Notes: a model not told the origin generated them from the letters alone. 64,000 nucleotides of DNA from an uncultured Gemmatimonadales bacterium (GCA_963730185.1 CAVSQW010000002.1:32001-96000); one strand, 5' to 3'; positions 1-10,060 are shown, numbered from the stretch's first letter. Made by a program: numbers and translations.

Positions 1-1
1 G

Positions 2-944
2 CTGGAGCGTGAGCCGATCGCCGCGCCGCTCAGTACCGGCGTGCGCGCGATCGACGGCTTCCTGACCCTGGGCCGGGGCCAACGGATCGGGATCATGGCC
101 GGGAGCGGCGTCGGCAAGAGCGTGCTCCTGGGGATGATCGCCCGTCACACCAGCGCCGACGTGAACGTGATCGCGCTGCTCGGCGAGCGGGGCCGCGAGG
201 TCCGCGAGTTCATCGAGCGGGATCTCGGGCCCGAGGGTCTCAAGCGGAGCGTGATCGTGGTTGCCACCAGCGACCAGGCCGCCGTGATCCGGGCCACCGG
301 GGCGCTGGTGGCCACCGCCATCGCCGAGTTCTTCCGCGACGCGGGGCTCGAACGTGATGCTGATGATGGACTCCGTCACCCGGGTGGCGATGGCCTGGCG
401 CGAAGTGGGACTCTCGGTCGGCGAGCCGCCGACCACCAAGGGCTATCCGCCGTCCGTCTTCGCCCAGCTGCCCCGATTGCTGGAGCGGGCCGGCACCGGG
501 AAGCGGGGGAGCATCACCGGCCTCTACACCGTGCTGGTCGAGGGCGACGACTTCAACGAGCCGGTGGCGGACGCCGCCCGCTCGATCCTGGACGGGCACA
601 TCGTGCTCAGCCGGAAGCTGGCCAACGCCAAGCATTTCCCCGCCATCGACGTGCTCGACAGCGTGAGCCGGGTGCGCGACCAGGTAATCGATCCGGAGGA
701 CCGCGAGGCCGCCAACCTGCTGCTCCAACTCGAGGCGACCTACCGGACCCAGGAGGACCTGATCACGGTCGGCGCCTACAAGTCCGGCACCGACGCGGCC
801 CTCGATACGGCGGTGGCCGTCAGGCCCGAGTTGATCGAGCTGCTTCGGCAGCGACCGGAGGACGGCTGCCGGCTGGAGGAGACGGCCGCGCGGGTCCGTG
901 CCCTTGCCGCCAAGGTCGAGCAGCAACTCGGAGGTGGGGCATGA
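2..944 (+). CDS. fliI: Flagellar export ATPase FliI, 5'-truncated by the window edge, with a +1 frameshift near 349
   Basis: [15 protein letters not shown] (Walker A) and [10 protein letters not shown] in the frame of ORF 41. [18 protein letters not shown] and ARSILDGH follow in the frame of ORF 354. The junction reads ctc-g-aac-gtg. Confidence 0.93.
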
Positions 945-1390
945 AATCGTTCTCCTTCCGGCTGGACCGGATTCTCCGCTTGCGCGAGCAGGCCGAGCAG
1001 GGCCGGGCCCGCACCTTCGGCGCCGCGGCCCGGGAGGAGGCCTACCTGGACCGGCTGGTTCAGGACCAGGCCGACTACCTGGCATCGATCGGCGACCGGC
1101 TGGCTCCCAAGTCCGGCGAGCCAATGAGCGCTGGGTGGTTGCGAGTGCTGACCCTCACGGCCGCGGCGGCCCAGCAGCAGCTGGAAGACACCGAGAAGTC
1201 TCGGGAGGATGCCCGGACAGCGGCCGACGAGGCCCGCGCCCGGCTGGCCGAGGCCCGGGTCGAGCGGCGGAGCCTGGAACGGCTCCGCGAGAAGCAGCAG
1301 GCGGCCTGGGGCCTGGAGGCCCGCCGCGACGAGCAGAAGACCTTCGACGAGATCGCCGGACGGCGGCGGCCTGGAGGCGGTGAGGCGTGA
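941..1390 (+). CDS. fliJ: Flagellar export chaperone FliJ
   Basis: [19 protein letters not shown]...EQKTFDEIA coiled-coil pattern. Its ATG overlaps the fliI stop (ATGA). Confidence 0.88.
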   Translation: MKSFSFRLDRILRLREQAEQGRARTFGAAAREEAYLDRLVQDQADYLASIGDRLAPKSGEPMSAGWLRVLTLTAAAAQQQLEDTEKSREDARTAADEARARLAEARVERRSLERLREKQQAAWGLEARRDEQKTFDEIAGRRRPGGGEA

Positions 1391-1893
1391 AGCAGGTGTT
1401 CCTGCTGGGGATCGTGGCGTTCGCCTTCGCCATCGGTGGAGCGACTTGGGTCTCGGCTTATCTGCTGCCGCCGCCTCCGGCGCCGGTCGTGGACTCGACG
1501 GCGAGCGGGGCCCCGGCCTCGGACGGCACGGTCGCTCCGGCGACCGCCCGGGCCGGGTCGGCGCCGTCCGATACCGGTCGGCCCAAGGCCGGGGGGCCCG
1601 ACACCTCGTCGGCCGCCGCGGCGGCTCTGAAGGTCGCCGCCCCCGCGCCGGCTCGCGATTCCATGCCGCCCAACGTCAAGACGGTGGCCAAGATCATGGT
1701 CGCCATGAAGCCGAAGGACGCGGTCAGCATCATGGCCCGGCTCTCGGACAAGGAAGTGGAACAGATCCTTCGCCAGATGAACGCCAAACAGGTGGCCGCG
1801 CTGCTCGCGGTCCTGCCCCAGGAGCGCGCGGCCGAATTGAGCCGGCGACTCCTGCTGGATTCCCCACCGGTCAAGAACGGAGCGACCCCATGA
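1387..1893 (+). CDS. MotE/YlxF/FlbB-like flagellar protein (N-terminal TM plus MgtE_N-like helical domain)
   Basis: N-terminal TM segment, a Pro/Ala linker, then [40 protein letters not shown]. Lies between fliJ and fliK. Confidence 0.7.
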   Translation: MKQVFLLGIVAFAFAIGGATWVSAYLLPPPPAPVVDSTASGAPASDGTVAPATARAGSAPSDTGRPKAGGPDTSSAAAAALKVAAPAPARDSMPPNVKTVAKIMVAMKPKDAVSIMARLSDKEVEQILRQMNAKQVAALLAVLPQERAAELSRRLLLDSPPVKNGATP

Positions 1894-3547
1894 GCGCCCC
1901 CATCGCGACGACCCCGTCGTTCGTGTCCGAAAGCCGGGCGGCTCCCCGAGCAAGCGACGCCGCCGAGGGCGGGCCATTCGGGAAGGTCCTCGGCTCGGCC
2001 CTGCTGGAGGCGGCCGGCTCGTCGGAGGATCGGCAACAGCCCGGCCTCGCGGCCCTCACGGCGGTGGCGCTGTCGCTGGCCAAGCCGGCGGCCGCACCGC
2101 AGGCATCGGGCGCGAAGGTCGACCTCGGTGTCGACCTCGTGCTCGCCAGCGAGTGGCAGCCGGACCAGGACCCGTCGGCCGCGGGCGAGCTGAATACCGA
2201 CCTGACGTCGGCGACGAATGGATCCGCCCCCGACGAGGGTGTGCCGCGACCCGCGGGGCCGCCGCCTGCCGGTTCGGCCCGAGCCGCTGCCGGGACCGAC
2301 ATCCCGCTCACGCTCGAGAAGGGCCTCGAGCTCTGGGTCCGGCGGATCGCCAAGGGGGCAACCGTTGCGGCGGCGCCGGGACAGGGCGCCGCCGCAGGGC
2401 GGACGGCAGAGGCGGCGCCCGACGCGCCGTCCGCTGGGAGCGAACCGCTCTGGCTCGGTCCGGCCGCCGCCGGCGATGCCCAGGCGTCCAAGGCGCCCTC
2501 CCGCGAGGGGGTCGGGTCGTTCGTCCGACCGACGATCGACGGAGGACTGGACGCCGAGAGTCTGATCCAGGTCATGGCATCCAGGGTTCACGCGGTCGAG
2601 ATCGCGGGCTTCAGCTTTCCGATGCCGAGGGAGTTGGCCACGCCGGTCCCCGAGTCGGTCGCGGCGGTGCCCGGGGCGGACCAGGCTCTCCCGTCGGCGG
2701 GCGGGTCCGGAGCCAGCGGGCCCGCCCTGGCGACGGCGGCGGATGCCGCGCTCGCGGTCCGTTCGCGGATCGTCGAGCTGGAATCGCGCGGTAGCGGGGC
2801 CGACTCCACTCGGCGAGCTCGCCACGGCGCGACCGGGGCGGGGAAGCCGAGTGACTCGGCCACGGCGGGTCAGGGGGCCACGCTCCCGATCGAGACCGGC
2901 CGGAGCGGCGGTGACGACGCCAATCCGCGCCGCGACGGCCGGTCGGGCGACGGGCGGGACGGTGCTCGGCCGGAGGTGGGGGGGCGGCACCCGTCCCCGG
3001 CGGAAACACCACTCCGGGACACCCGGCCCCGGTCCACGTGGCCGACGCCGCCCCGCGGCCCCTGGCCACCGCCCCGACGGTCGCCACCGGCGACCCTCGC
3101 CCGGCGGCGGCGCCGGAGCCGGCCCGGCCGATGCCCCGCATGGAACAGGTGACCGTGGACCTCAAGGACGAGGCGGGGGATCACGGACGGCTCCGGCTCA
3201 GCGTGCAGGGATCGTCGCTTCGGGCGACGATCCTGCCGAACGACCCGGAGCTGGCAACCCGGCTCAACGACGGGCTTCGCGAGCTCCGCCAGAACCTGAG
3301 CGATCGGGGCTTCGCGGCCCCGCGGATCTCGGTCCAGGGTCCCCGGGTCGCCGACGGTTTGCCCGGGCTGGCCCCGCTGGGCCGTGACACTTCGGCGGTC
3401 AGGCTCGAGTCGCCCGGGACGGAACGGCAGTCGAGTAGTGATTCGCGACGGGACCCGTCGCAGCAGTCGGCAGAACAGCGCCGCCAGGGGGGACGGTCGT
3501 CCGACCGCCAGACGCCCGGACGGCAACCGCGTGGGAGGTGGGCATGA
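1890..3547 (+). CDS. fliK: Hook-length control protein FliK, frameshifted between 2915 and 3150
   Basis: A long low-complexity Ala/Pro/Gly N-region starts at ATG 1890. A FliK_C-like domain (VTVDLKDEAGDHGRLRLSVQGSSLRATI...LRELRQNLSDRGF) is in another frame. Lies directly upstream of flgD. Confidence 0.75.
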
Positions 3548-4203
3548 GCTTTCCCTTGGCCGGTCTCGGCAGCTCGGCGGCCAGCACGGCGACGACCGCG
3601 ACCGGCGGTCGAACCGACATCAATCGGGATCAGTTCCTTCAGCTGCTGGTGACTCAGCTGAAACACCAGGACCCCTTGAGTCCGCTGCAGCCCGACCAGT
3701 TCGCGGCCCAGCTGGCCCAATTCGCGACGGTGGAGCAGCTGAACACCCTGAACGACCACTTCACGGCCCAGTCGGCCGCTCAGGCGCAGGGAGCGCTGGT
3801 CGACCAGACCGCCCTCGGTGCGTCCCTCATGGGCCGGACGGTCCAGGCCCAGGGCAACGGCGTGGCGGTGGGCAGCAACGGGATCGCGTTATTGCCGGTG
3901 GACGTGGGCGGCAGCGGGGGCTCGGCCACGGTGCATTTCTACGACGGCACCGGTCGGCTGGTCGCCACCAAGGCGGTCGGCCAGGTGGCGGCGGGGTCGC
4001 AAACCCTGTCGGTCGCGCCGGGACTCCCTGCCGGCAACTACACCTATGACGTTCAGGTCGACGACGGGAGCGGCAATGCCGTTCCGGCCACGACCTTCAT
4101 GCAGGGCGTCGTCGACGGCGTCCTCTTCGAAAACGGCGCCATCGTGCTCCGCGTCGGCGGCACGAAGGTTCCACTCACCAAAGTCACCGAGATCACGAAC
4201 TAA
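3544..4203 (+). CDS. flgD: Hook capping protein FlgD
   Basis: DQFLQLLVTQLKHQDPLSP...QLAQFATVEQL signature. Confidence 0.95.
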   Translation: MSFPLAGLGSSAASTATTATGGRTDINRDQFLQLLVTQLKHQDPLSPLQPDQFAAQLAQFATVEQLNTLNDHFTAQSAAQAQGALVDQTALGASLMGRTVQAQGNGVAVGSNGIALLPVDVGGSGGSATVHFYDGTGRLVATKAVGQVAAGSQTLSVAPGLPAGNYTYDVQVDDGSGNAVPATTFMQGVVDGVLFENGAIVLRVGGTKVPLTKVTEITN

Positions 4204-4221
4204 CCAAGGAGCAATGGTCCC

Positions 4222-5574
4222 ATGATGCGAGCCCTCTTTGCCGGCGTGTCCGGGCTCCGGAATCACCAGGTCCGGATGGACATTATCGGCAACAACATCG
4301 CGAACGTGAATACCGTGGCGTTCAAGTCGTCGCGGGTCACCTTCGCCGAGTCGTTCAACCAGCTGATCCAGGGCGCCACCCGACCGCCGGCGAATTCCGG
4401 CGGCCGCAACCCGACCCAGATCGGCAACGGCATGAACGTCGCCAGCATCGACACCCTCTTCACCCAGGGCACGGTGCAGAGCACCGGCGTCAAGACCGAC
4501 GTCGCAATTACCGGCAACGGCTTCTTCGTGACGAAGGGCAACGGCCGGACACTCTACACCCGGGCGGGCAACTTCCAGTTCGACGCCAACGGCCGGCTGG
4601 TCGCCCCGGCCAACGGGTTCATCGTCCAGGGCATCAACGCCGACCCGCAGGGCAACTTCTCGTCGTCGTCGGCCGTAACCGGGATCGATCTCTCGCTCAA
4701 CCAGAAGTCGCCGGCCCGAGCCACGACCTCGCTCACCATCGCGGGCAACCTGGACCTGAACCAGCCGCTGACCCAGACCAACCCGACCCCGGTCGCCCAG
4801 ACCCACCAGATGTCGATCACGGTCTACGATACGGCCGGCCAAGCGCACAACCTGGTCATGAGCTTCGATCAGGTCTATACCGGCACGCCGCCGGCCACCA
4901 ACAATACCTGGCAGTTCTCGATGACCTCGGCCACGGCGACGGTGGAGGCGATCGACAATGCGGGCACCCCCAACACCGCCGCGATCGACACGGGGCAGGG
5001 GCTGGTCACCTTCAACGCCAATGGCCAGATGACCGATTTCAGCAACGGCCTGGTCCAGCTCTCGACCGAGCCGGTGCGGATCCGGGTCACCCCGAACTCG
5101 GGCGGTACCCCGTTCGACGTGACTCTCGATCCGGGCCAGCTCAACGACATCAACGGCCTGTCCCAGTTCTCGAACCCGTCCAACGCGGTGTTCACCAGCC
5201 AGGACGGGTACACCAGCGGCGACCTCCAGGACATCTCGATCGACTCGACCGGCGTCCTGACCGGCTTCTACACCAACGGTGTCAGCCGTCCCGTGGCCCA
5301 GCTGTCGCTGGCCGACTTCAACAACCCGACCGCGCTGCTCCGGCGGGGTGACAACATGTACGAGCCCTCGGCCAACTCGGGCGTCGCCGTCCTTGGCTTC
5401 GCCGGGTCGAGCAACACCTCGACCATCACCGCCGGGGCGCTCGAATCGTCCAACGTGGACCTCTCGGAGCAGTTCACCGAGATGATCACGGCCCAGCGCG
5501 GGTTCCAGGCCTCGGCCCGGGTCATCACGACCTCGGACGAGATGCTGACCGAGCTGGTGAACCTCAAGCGGTAG
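4222..5574 (+). CDS. flgE: Flagellar hook protein FlgE
   Basis: IGNNIANVNT N-terminus, YTRAGNF, and C-terminal LESSNVDLSEQFTEMITAQRGFQA. Confidence 0.96.
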   Translation: MMRALFAGVSGLRNHQVRMDIIGNNIANVNTVAFKSSRVTFAESFNQLIQGATRPPANSGGRNPTQIGNGMNVASIDTLFTQGTVQSTGVKTDVAITGNGFFVTKGNGRTLYTRAGNFQFDANGRLVAPANGFIVQGINADPQGNFSSSSAVTGIDLSLNQKSPARATTSLTIAGNLDLNQPLTQTNPTPVAQTHQMSITVYDTAGQAHNLVMSFDQVYTGTPPATNNTWQFSMTSATATVEAIDNAGTPNTAAIDTGQGLVTFNANGQMTDFSNGLVQLSTEPVRIRVTPNSGGTPFDVTLDPGQLNDINGLSQFSNPSNAVFTSQDGYTSGDLQDISIDSTGVLTGFYTNGVSRPVAQLSLADFNNPTALLRRGDNMYEPSANSGVAVLGFAGSSNTSTITAGALESSNVDLSEQFTEMITAQRGFQASARVITTSDEMLTELVNLKR

Positions 5575-5592
5575 TCCGGCATTGACGGGGAG

Positions 5593-5620
5593 CGCCGGCG
5601 CCCGGCAAAGGGCGCCGGCG
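5593..5620 (+). terminator. GC-rich hairpin after flgE (possible terminator or processing site)
   Basis: CGCCGGCGCCC-GGCAAA-GGGCGCCGGCG forms a perfect 11-bp stem. No U-tract follows. Confidence 0.45.
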
Positions 5621-5811
5621 TGACCCACCGGTCGGGCGGCACACCCAGCCGCTGCCGGCCGCCCGCTCGGCAAAAGCGTCCGCGCTCGAATCGGCACTTC
5701 CTTCCCGCCCGCCTCCGGCCGTCCGGGCCTGACCCCGATCCAATCAGCTGAAACTGTTGTCGCGCAATGGGTTGAAGGTCTGGCGCCCAACGCGATTTCT
5801 GCCCCTTCCGG

Positions 5812-5827
5812 TGGCATGTGGGTTGCC
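5812..5827 (+). promoter_or_regulatory. Sigma54 (-24/-12) promoter upstream of fliL
   Basis: TGGCAT-GTGGG-TTGCC with exact GG-N10-GC spacing, about 50 bp before the fliL ATG. Confidence 0.75.
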
Positions 5828-5877
5828 CTTTGCCGCAACCGGCAACGTCATCCGTTCACGCGCACCATCCGGGCATC

Positions 5878-6402
5878 ATGGCAGAGGAACAAGCGCAGGG
5901 CGCCGAAGAGGCGGGCGAGGGCGAGGCTCCCAAGAAGGGCGCCTCGAAGCTCCTCCTTCCGATCATCGTGGCGGTCGCGACGGTGGCCGGCGGCGTGGTG
6001 GGGGTGACGGTCGTCGCGCCCCGGCTGATCGCGGCCCGAGCCGCCTCCGCCGCGCCGGCCGACAGCGCCGACGGCGAGCATGGCGGCGGGGGTGGCGAGC
6101 CGGGTCCGCTCCTCAAGATGGACAACCTGATCGTCAACCCGGCCGGGGCACAGGGCACCCGCTTCCTGATGGTCTCGGTGGCCGTCGAGGCGCCCACCCC
6201 CAAGGTCGGTGACGAGCTTCGGGCCCAGGAGCTCCGGATTCGGGACCTGATCATCGGACTGCTGGAGCGGCAGACGATGCAGGACCTGAGCACGCCCGGC
6301 ATCCGAGAGGAACTCAAGGGGCAGATCGCGGATACCATCGGCGCCCTGATGGGGCAGGCGGGGAAGATCCGGGTGCTCCTTCCTCAGTTCGTGGTCCAAT
6401 AG
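5878..6402 (+). CDS. fliL: Flagellar basal body protein FliL
   Basis: Single N-terminal TM, LIVNPAGAQGTRFLMVSV, IRDLII and C-terminal FVVQ. Precedes fliM. Confidence 0.9.
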   Translation: MAEEQAQGAEEAGEGEAPKKGASKLLLPIIVAVATVAGGVVGVTVVAPRLIAARAASAAPADSADGEHGGGGGEPGPLLKMDNLIVNPAGAQGTRFLMVSVAVEAPTPKVGDELRAQELRIRDLIIGLLERQTMQDLSTPGIREELKGQIADTIGALMGQAGKIRVLLPQFVVQ

Positions 6403-6423
6403 GCCGGGCGGAGGCACCTTCCC

Positions 6424-7476
6424 GTGAGCGGCACCGGATCGTCCGGCTTCGGCCGGGGTGAGATCGACAACCTCACCCAGACGGACGTCGATCGGCTCCT
6501 CCAGAGTCGGGGCGGCCGCCCGGCGCGCGAGCGTCACCCGGCCGTCGAGATCGTCCCCTACAACTTCCTCCGTCCGCCCCGGATCTCGAAGGACCGGCGG
6601 GCGGTCCTCAATTCGATCTTCAGTCGCTTCGCCGCCACGGTGCAGTCGATGCTCTCCTCCCGCCTCCGGGTGGTGATGGACATCTCCTGCTCGGTGGAGC
6701 AGGCCAGCTTCGGCGAGTACACGATGTCGATCGCGTCGCCTTGTGCCGCCTTCGTCTTCGAGCTCGGGAGCACGGCCCAGGGCGAGGGGGCGATCGACTT
6801 CAGCACCGAGCTGGCCTTCTTCTTCATCGATCGGATCTTCGGCGGTCCCGGTGACCCGGTCCGCCTGGACCGGCCCCTCACGTCCCTCGAGCGGACCGTG
6901 ATGCGAGGCATCGCCGACCGGGTGCTGGTCTCCCTGCAGGAGGCCTGGGCCGAGCATCTCGGCCTCGAGCCCAAGGTCCTCGGCTTCGAGTCCACCCCCG
7001 ATTTGCTCCGGATCGCCAACGCCGAGGACAACGTCCTGGTGGTGAACATGGAGGTTCGGTCGGGCAACACCTCGGGCCTGATCGTCTGCTGCATCCCGCT
7101 GCTCGCCCTCGAAGGCTTCCTGAGCGAGAAGACCTCCGCCCGGCAGGCCGTGGCCCCGGGACGGGCCGCCATGCTGGGGCAGTTCCGGAAGACGATCGAG
7201 GAGCGCCTCCGCGCGGCCCGGGTGGAGCTGGCGGTCCGTTTTCCGCCGCTTCGCCTGAGCGCCCGTGAGATCGCCGAGCTCAAAGTCGGCCAGATCATCG
7301 CGACCACCCAGCCCATCGACGGGCCGGTGGAGCTCCACATCAACGGCCAGCGCCGCTTCCGCGGCGTGATCGGGGACAACCAGAAGGCCCTGGGCTTCCG
7401 AATCACCGAACCGACCGACCGCGCCACCGTTGGCGCCCTCGACCGGCCCACCCGAGGAAGGATCAGAACAGCATGA
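6424..7476 (+). CDS. fliM: Flagellar switch protein FliM
   Basis: LTQTDVDRLL CheY-binding-like peptide, YNFLRPPRISKD, DRIFGG, RPLTSLE and a C-terminal SpoA domain. Confidence 0.93.
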   Translation: MSGTGSSGFGRGEIDNLTQTDVDRLLQSRGGRPARERHPAVEIVPYNFLRPPRISKDRRAVLNSIFSRFAATVQSMLSSRLRVVMDISCSVEQASFGEYTMSIASPCAAFVFELGSTAQGEGAIDFSTELAFFFIDRIFGGPGDPVRLDRPLTSLERTVMRGIADRVLVSLQEAWAEHLGLEPKVLGFESTPDLLRIANAEDNVLVVNMEVRSGNTSGLIVCCIPLLALEGFLSEKTSARQAVAPGRAAMLGQFRKTIEERLRAARVELAVRFPPLRLSAREIAELKVGQIIATTQPIDGPVELHINGQRRFRGVIGDNQKALGFRITEPTDRATVGALDRPTRGRIRTA

Positions 7477-7781
7477 GCGACGCCGCAGCGAAGGCCACGG
7501 CGCCGGTCGCCCCGCGGGGCGAGGACGCCCGGTCGTTCGACAGCCTGATGGACATGAGCCTGCCGGTGATCATCGAGTTCGGCCGCACCGCGATGACCTT
7601 GCAGGAAGTCCTCGCGCTGGCCAGCGGCTCGGTCATCCGGCTGGAGCGGATGGTCGGCGAGCCGATCGACATCTTCGTGAGCGACCGCAAGCTCGCCGAG
7701 GGTGAAGTGGTGGTCATTGGCGAGCACTTCGGGGTTCGGATCACCCGGCTCCTGACCGAGCAGGGCGAGCCCGAGCAATGA
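7473..7781 (+). CDS. fliN: Flagellar switch protein FliN
   Basis: SpoA domain ending GEVVVIGEHFGVRIT. Confidence 0.93.
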   Translation: MSDAAAKATAPVAPRGEDARSFDSLMDMSLPVIIEFGRTAMTLQEVLALASGSVIRLERMVGEPIDIFVSDRKLAEGEVVVIGEHFGVRITRLLTEQGEPEQ

Positions 7782-8995
7782 GCGTTCAGGCGGTGGCCGG
7801 CCTGATCGGCGCGTTCGCGCTCACGGGCGGCCTGCTTCTCCTCACGGTCCGACTGCTCCGCCACCTGCAAGGCGGGTTCAAACGGTCGCAGCGACTCCCG
7901 TTCGAGGTGGTGCAGCGACATGCGCTGGGGCCCAAACAGGGCCTCGTGGTCATCCGTCTCGGCGCCCGGGTGCTGGTGCTGGCGACCGCCGACCAGGGCT
8001 CGCGGCTGGTGACCGAGCTCCGGGGCGACGACCGGGACGCGATCCTCGAGGCGCCCGCCGCCGGCCGGCCGGTGGTCCGGTCGCGGAAGGACCCCGACTT
8101 CAAGAAGCTGCTGGCCCGGCTCACCCTGGTGGCCCTGCTCGGCCTCGGGCTGAGCGGACCGGTGCAGGGTCAGGCCCGCCCGGCTCCGGCCGGTGCCGGC
8201 CCCGTCCGGCCGGACACCGGGAGGGTGCTCCCGGTGTCGCCCCCCAGCTCGGTGGCCCCCAGGCCCGAACGGCGCGCCCCGGCCCAGGCCATTCAAGGTC
8301 CCCGGGTCTCGGCGCCGACCGCCCCCAACATCGAGGTCAAGATCGGCCAGGGCGCGGAGTCGCTCCACCTGTCCGGCACGGTCGGGCTGGTGGTCTTCCT
8401 CGGGGCCCTGACGCTGCTGCCGGCCGTGGTCCTGCTGATGACCAGCTTCACCCGGATCCTGGTGGTGCTCCACTTTCTCCGTTCGGCGCTCGGAACGCAG
8501 GGGAGCCCGCCCGGTCAGCTGATGGTGGCGATCGCGGTGCTGCTCACCGGGGTCGTGATGCAGCCGGTCATTGCCGAGGTCAACCAGACCGCGGTCCAAC
8601 CCTACTTCGACGGCCAGATCCAACAGGCCGAAGCCTACACCCGGGCCCTCCAGCCCCTTCGCCGGTTCATGCTGGCGAACGTCCGGGAGCGGGACCTGGC
8701 GACCTTCGCCGAGATGGGCGGGGTGGCGGACGTCGACTCGTTCGACGACGTCCCGACCGTCACCATCGTGTCGGCCTTCGTCACCAGCGAGCTCCAGTCG
8801 GCCTTCTGGATGGGGTTCGTGATCTTCCTCCCCTTCGTGGTGGTCGACCTCATCGTGGCGACCTCACTCATGAGCCTCGGCATGTTCATGGTGCCGCCGG
8901 TCATGATTTCGCTCCCCTTCAAGCTGCTCCTCTTCGTGCTCGCCGACGGCTGGTCCCTCGTGGCCCAGAACCTGGTGGCGAGCTTCCACCGGTGA
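7778..8995 (+). CDS. fliP: Fused FliO-FliP export apparatus protein
   Basis: The N-terminal ~100 aa are FliO-like (TM, VVQRHALGPKQGLVVIRLGARVLVL). The C-terminus is FliP (MTSFTRILVVL, SLGMFMVPP, LPFKLLLFVLADGW). One ORF, no internal stop. Confidence 0.9.
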   Translation: MSVQAVAGLIGAFALTGGLLLLTVRLLRHLQGGFKRSQRLPFEVVQRHALGPKQGLVVIRLGARVLVLATADQGSRLVTELRGDDRDAILEAPAAGRPVVRSRKDPDFKKLLARLTLVALLGLGLSGPVQGQARPAPAGAGPVRPDTGRVLPVSPPSSVAPRPERRAPAQAIQGPRVSAPTAPNIEVKIGQGAESLHLSGTVGLVVFLGALTLLPAVVLLMTSFTRILVVLHFLRSALGTQGSPPGQLMVAIAVLLTGVVMQPVIAEVNQTAVQPYFDGQIQQAEAYTRALQPLRRFMLANVRERDLATFAEMGGVADVDSFDDVPTVTIVSAFVTSELQSAFWMGFVIFLPFVVVDLIVATSLMSLGMFMVPPVMISLPFKLLLFVLADGWSLVAQNLVASFHR

Positions 8996-8999
8996 GCCG

Positions 9000-9269
9000 A
9001 TGAACGCCGCGTTCGCCGCCGATCTCATTCGCCGGGGGGTGATGCTCACCCTCATGGTGTCGGCGCCGCTGTTGGTCACCGCGCTGGTGGTCGGCCTCCT
9101 GGTGACGCTGCTCCAGGCCATCACTCAGCTCCAGGAGCAGACCCTCACCTTCCTGCCCAAGGTGCTCACCATGGCGCTGGTCCTGCTCCTGGTGCTGCCC
9201 TGGATGCTTCGGGAGCTGGTGGAGTTCCTGGTGATGGCTCTCCGGACGTTGCCGTCGGTGAACGGATGA
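9000..9269 (+). CDS. fliQ: Export apparatus protein FliQ
   Basis: QAITQLQEQTLTFLPK signature. Confidence 0.95.
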   Translation: MNAAFAADLIRRGVMLTLMVSAPLLVTALVVGLLVTLLQAITQLQEQTLTFLPKVLTMALVLLLVLPWMLRELVEFLVMALRTLPSVNG

Positions 9270-10057
9270 CCGGGTTCGGCAACCTCCTCGCGCCCGGCGC
9301 CTGGCCCGCCTTCGTGTACATCTCGATGCGGCTGACCGGACTCATGCTGGTCGCGCCCTTCTGGTCGATGGTGGGCGTGCCCCGAACCGTCCGCGGCGCG
9401 ATGGTGGTGGTGATCGCCGCCGCCCTGATCCCGTTGGCGCCGGCCGTGTCGTTCCCGCCCCGGGTGCTCGATCTCCCGCTGCCGCTGATCACCGAGCTCT
9501 TGATCGGGCTCGGGATCGGCCTGGTCGCGGCGGTGATCCAGCACGCTCTGATGCTGGCCAGCGAGGTGGTCGCGATGCAGTCGGGGCTCTCCTTCGGGCA
9601 GCTCCTCACGGCCGATATCGAGACCGGCGGCCCGGCGATCTCCCAGCTCTACGGCTATGTGGGCCTCGCGACCTTCGTCGGCATCGGCGGTCACCTGATG
9701 CTGCTCGAGGCCCTCGGCCGGAGCCTCGCCACGGTCCCGCCGGGCTCGCTTCCGACCTTCGCCGGCGGGCCCGACCAGGTGATTGCGGTGACGGGTGAGC
9801 TCTTCCGCGACGCGATTCAGATCGCCGCCCCGGTGATGGTGGCGCTCACCATCAGCAATCTGGCGATGGCCATCCTCAGCCGGGCCGTGCCCCAGCTCAA
9901 CGCGATGGCCATGTCGTTCGCGGTGTCCATTGGGGTGGCGCTGGTGATCTTCGGCACCGCCTTGCCGCTGCTCAGTCGGGTCGTGGGCCGGTGGTACGGC
10001 GCGATCCCGATCGCGGCGGACGCGATGGTGGGCGCCATCGCGGGAACGGGACGGTAG
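9266..10057 (+). CDS. fliR: Export apparatus protein FliR
   Basis: Hydrophobic 263-aa protein with ELLIG, QSGLSF and RAVPQLN. Position matches fliR. Confidence 0.92.
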   Translation: MTGFGNLLAPGAWPAFVYISMRLTGLMLVAPFWSMVGVPRTVRGAMVVVIAAALIPLAPAVSFPPRVLDLPLPLITELLIGLGIGLVAAVIQHALMLASEVVAMQSGLSFGQLLTADIETGGPAISQLYGYVGLATFVGIGGHLMLLEALGRSLATVPPGSLPTFAGGPDQVIAVTGELFRDAIQIAAPVMVALTISNLAMAILSRAVPQLNAMAMSFAVSIGVALVIFGTALPLLSRVVGRWYGAIPIAADAMVGAIAGTGR

Positions 10058-10060
10058 GGT

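Noticed and set aside
41..1390. Apparent 449-aa FliI-FliJ fusion ORF
   Set aside because: It results from the frameshift near 349. The middle part is off-frame sequence, and FliJ has its own ATG at 941.
5590..5740. Possible c-di-GMP-I (GEMM) riboswitch suggested by GGCAAA motifs upstream of fliL
   Set aside because: No GAAA tetraloop with GACGCAAA and P2 arrangement could be fitted. A hairpin plus enhancer-like dyads explains it better. An Infernal search against Rfam would settle it.
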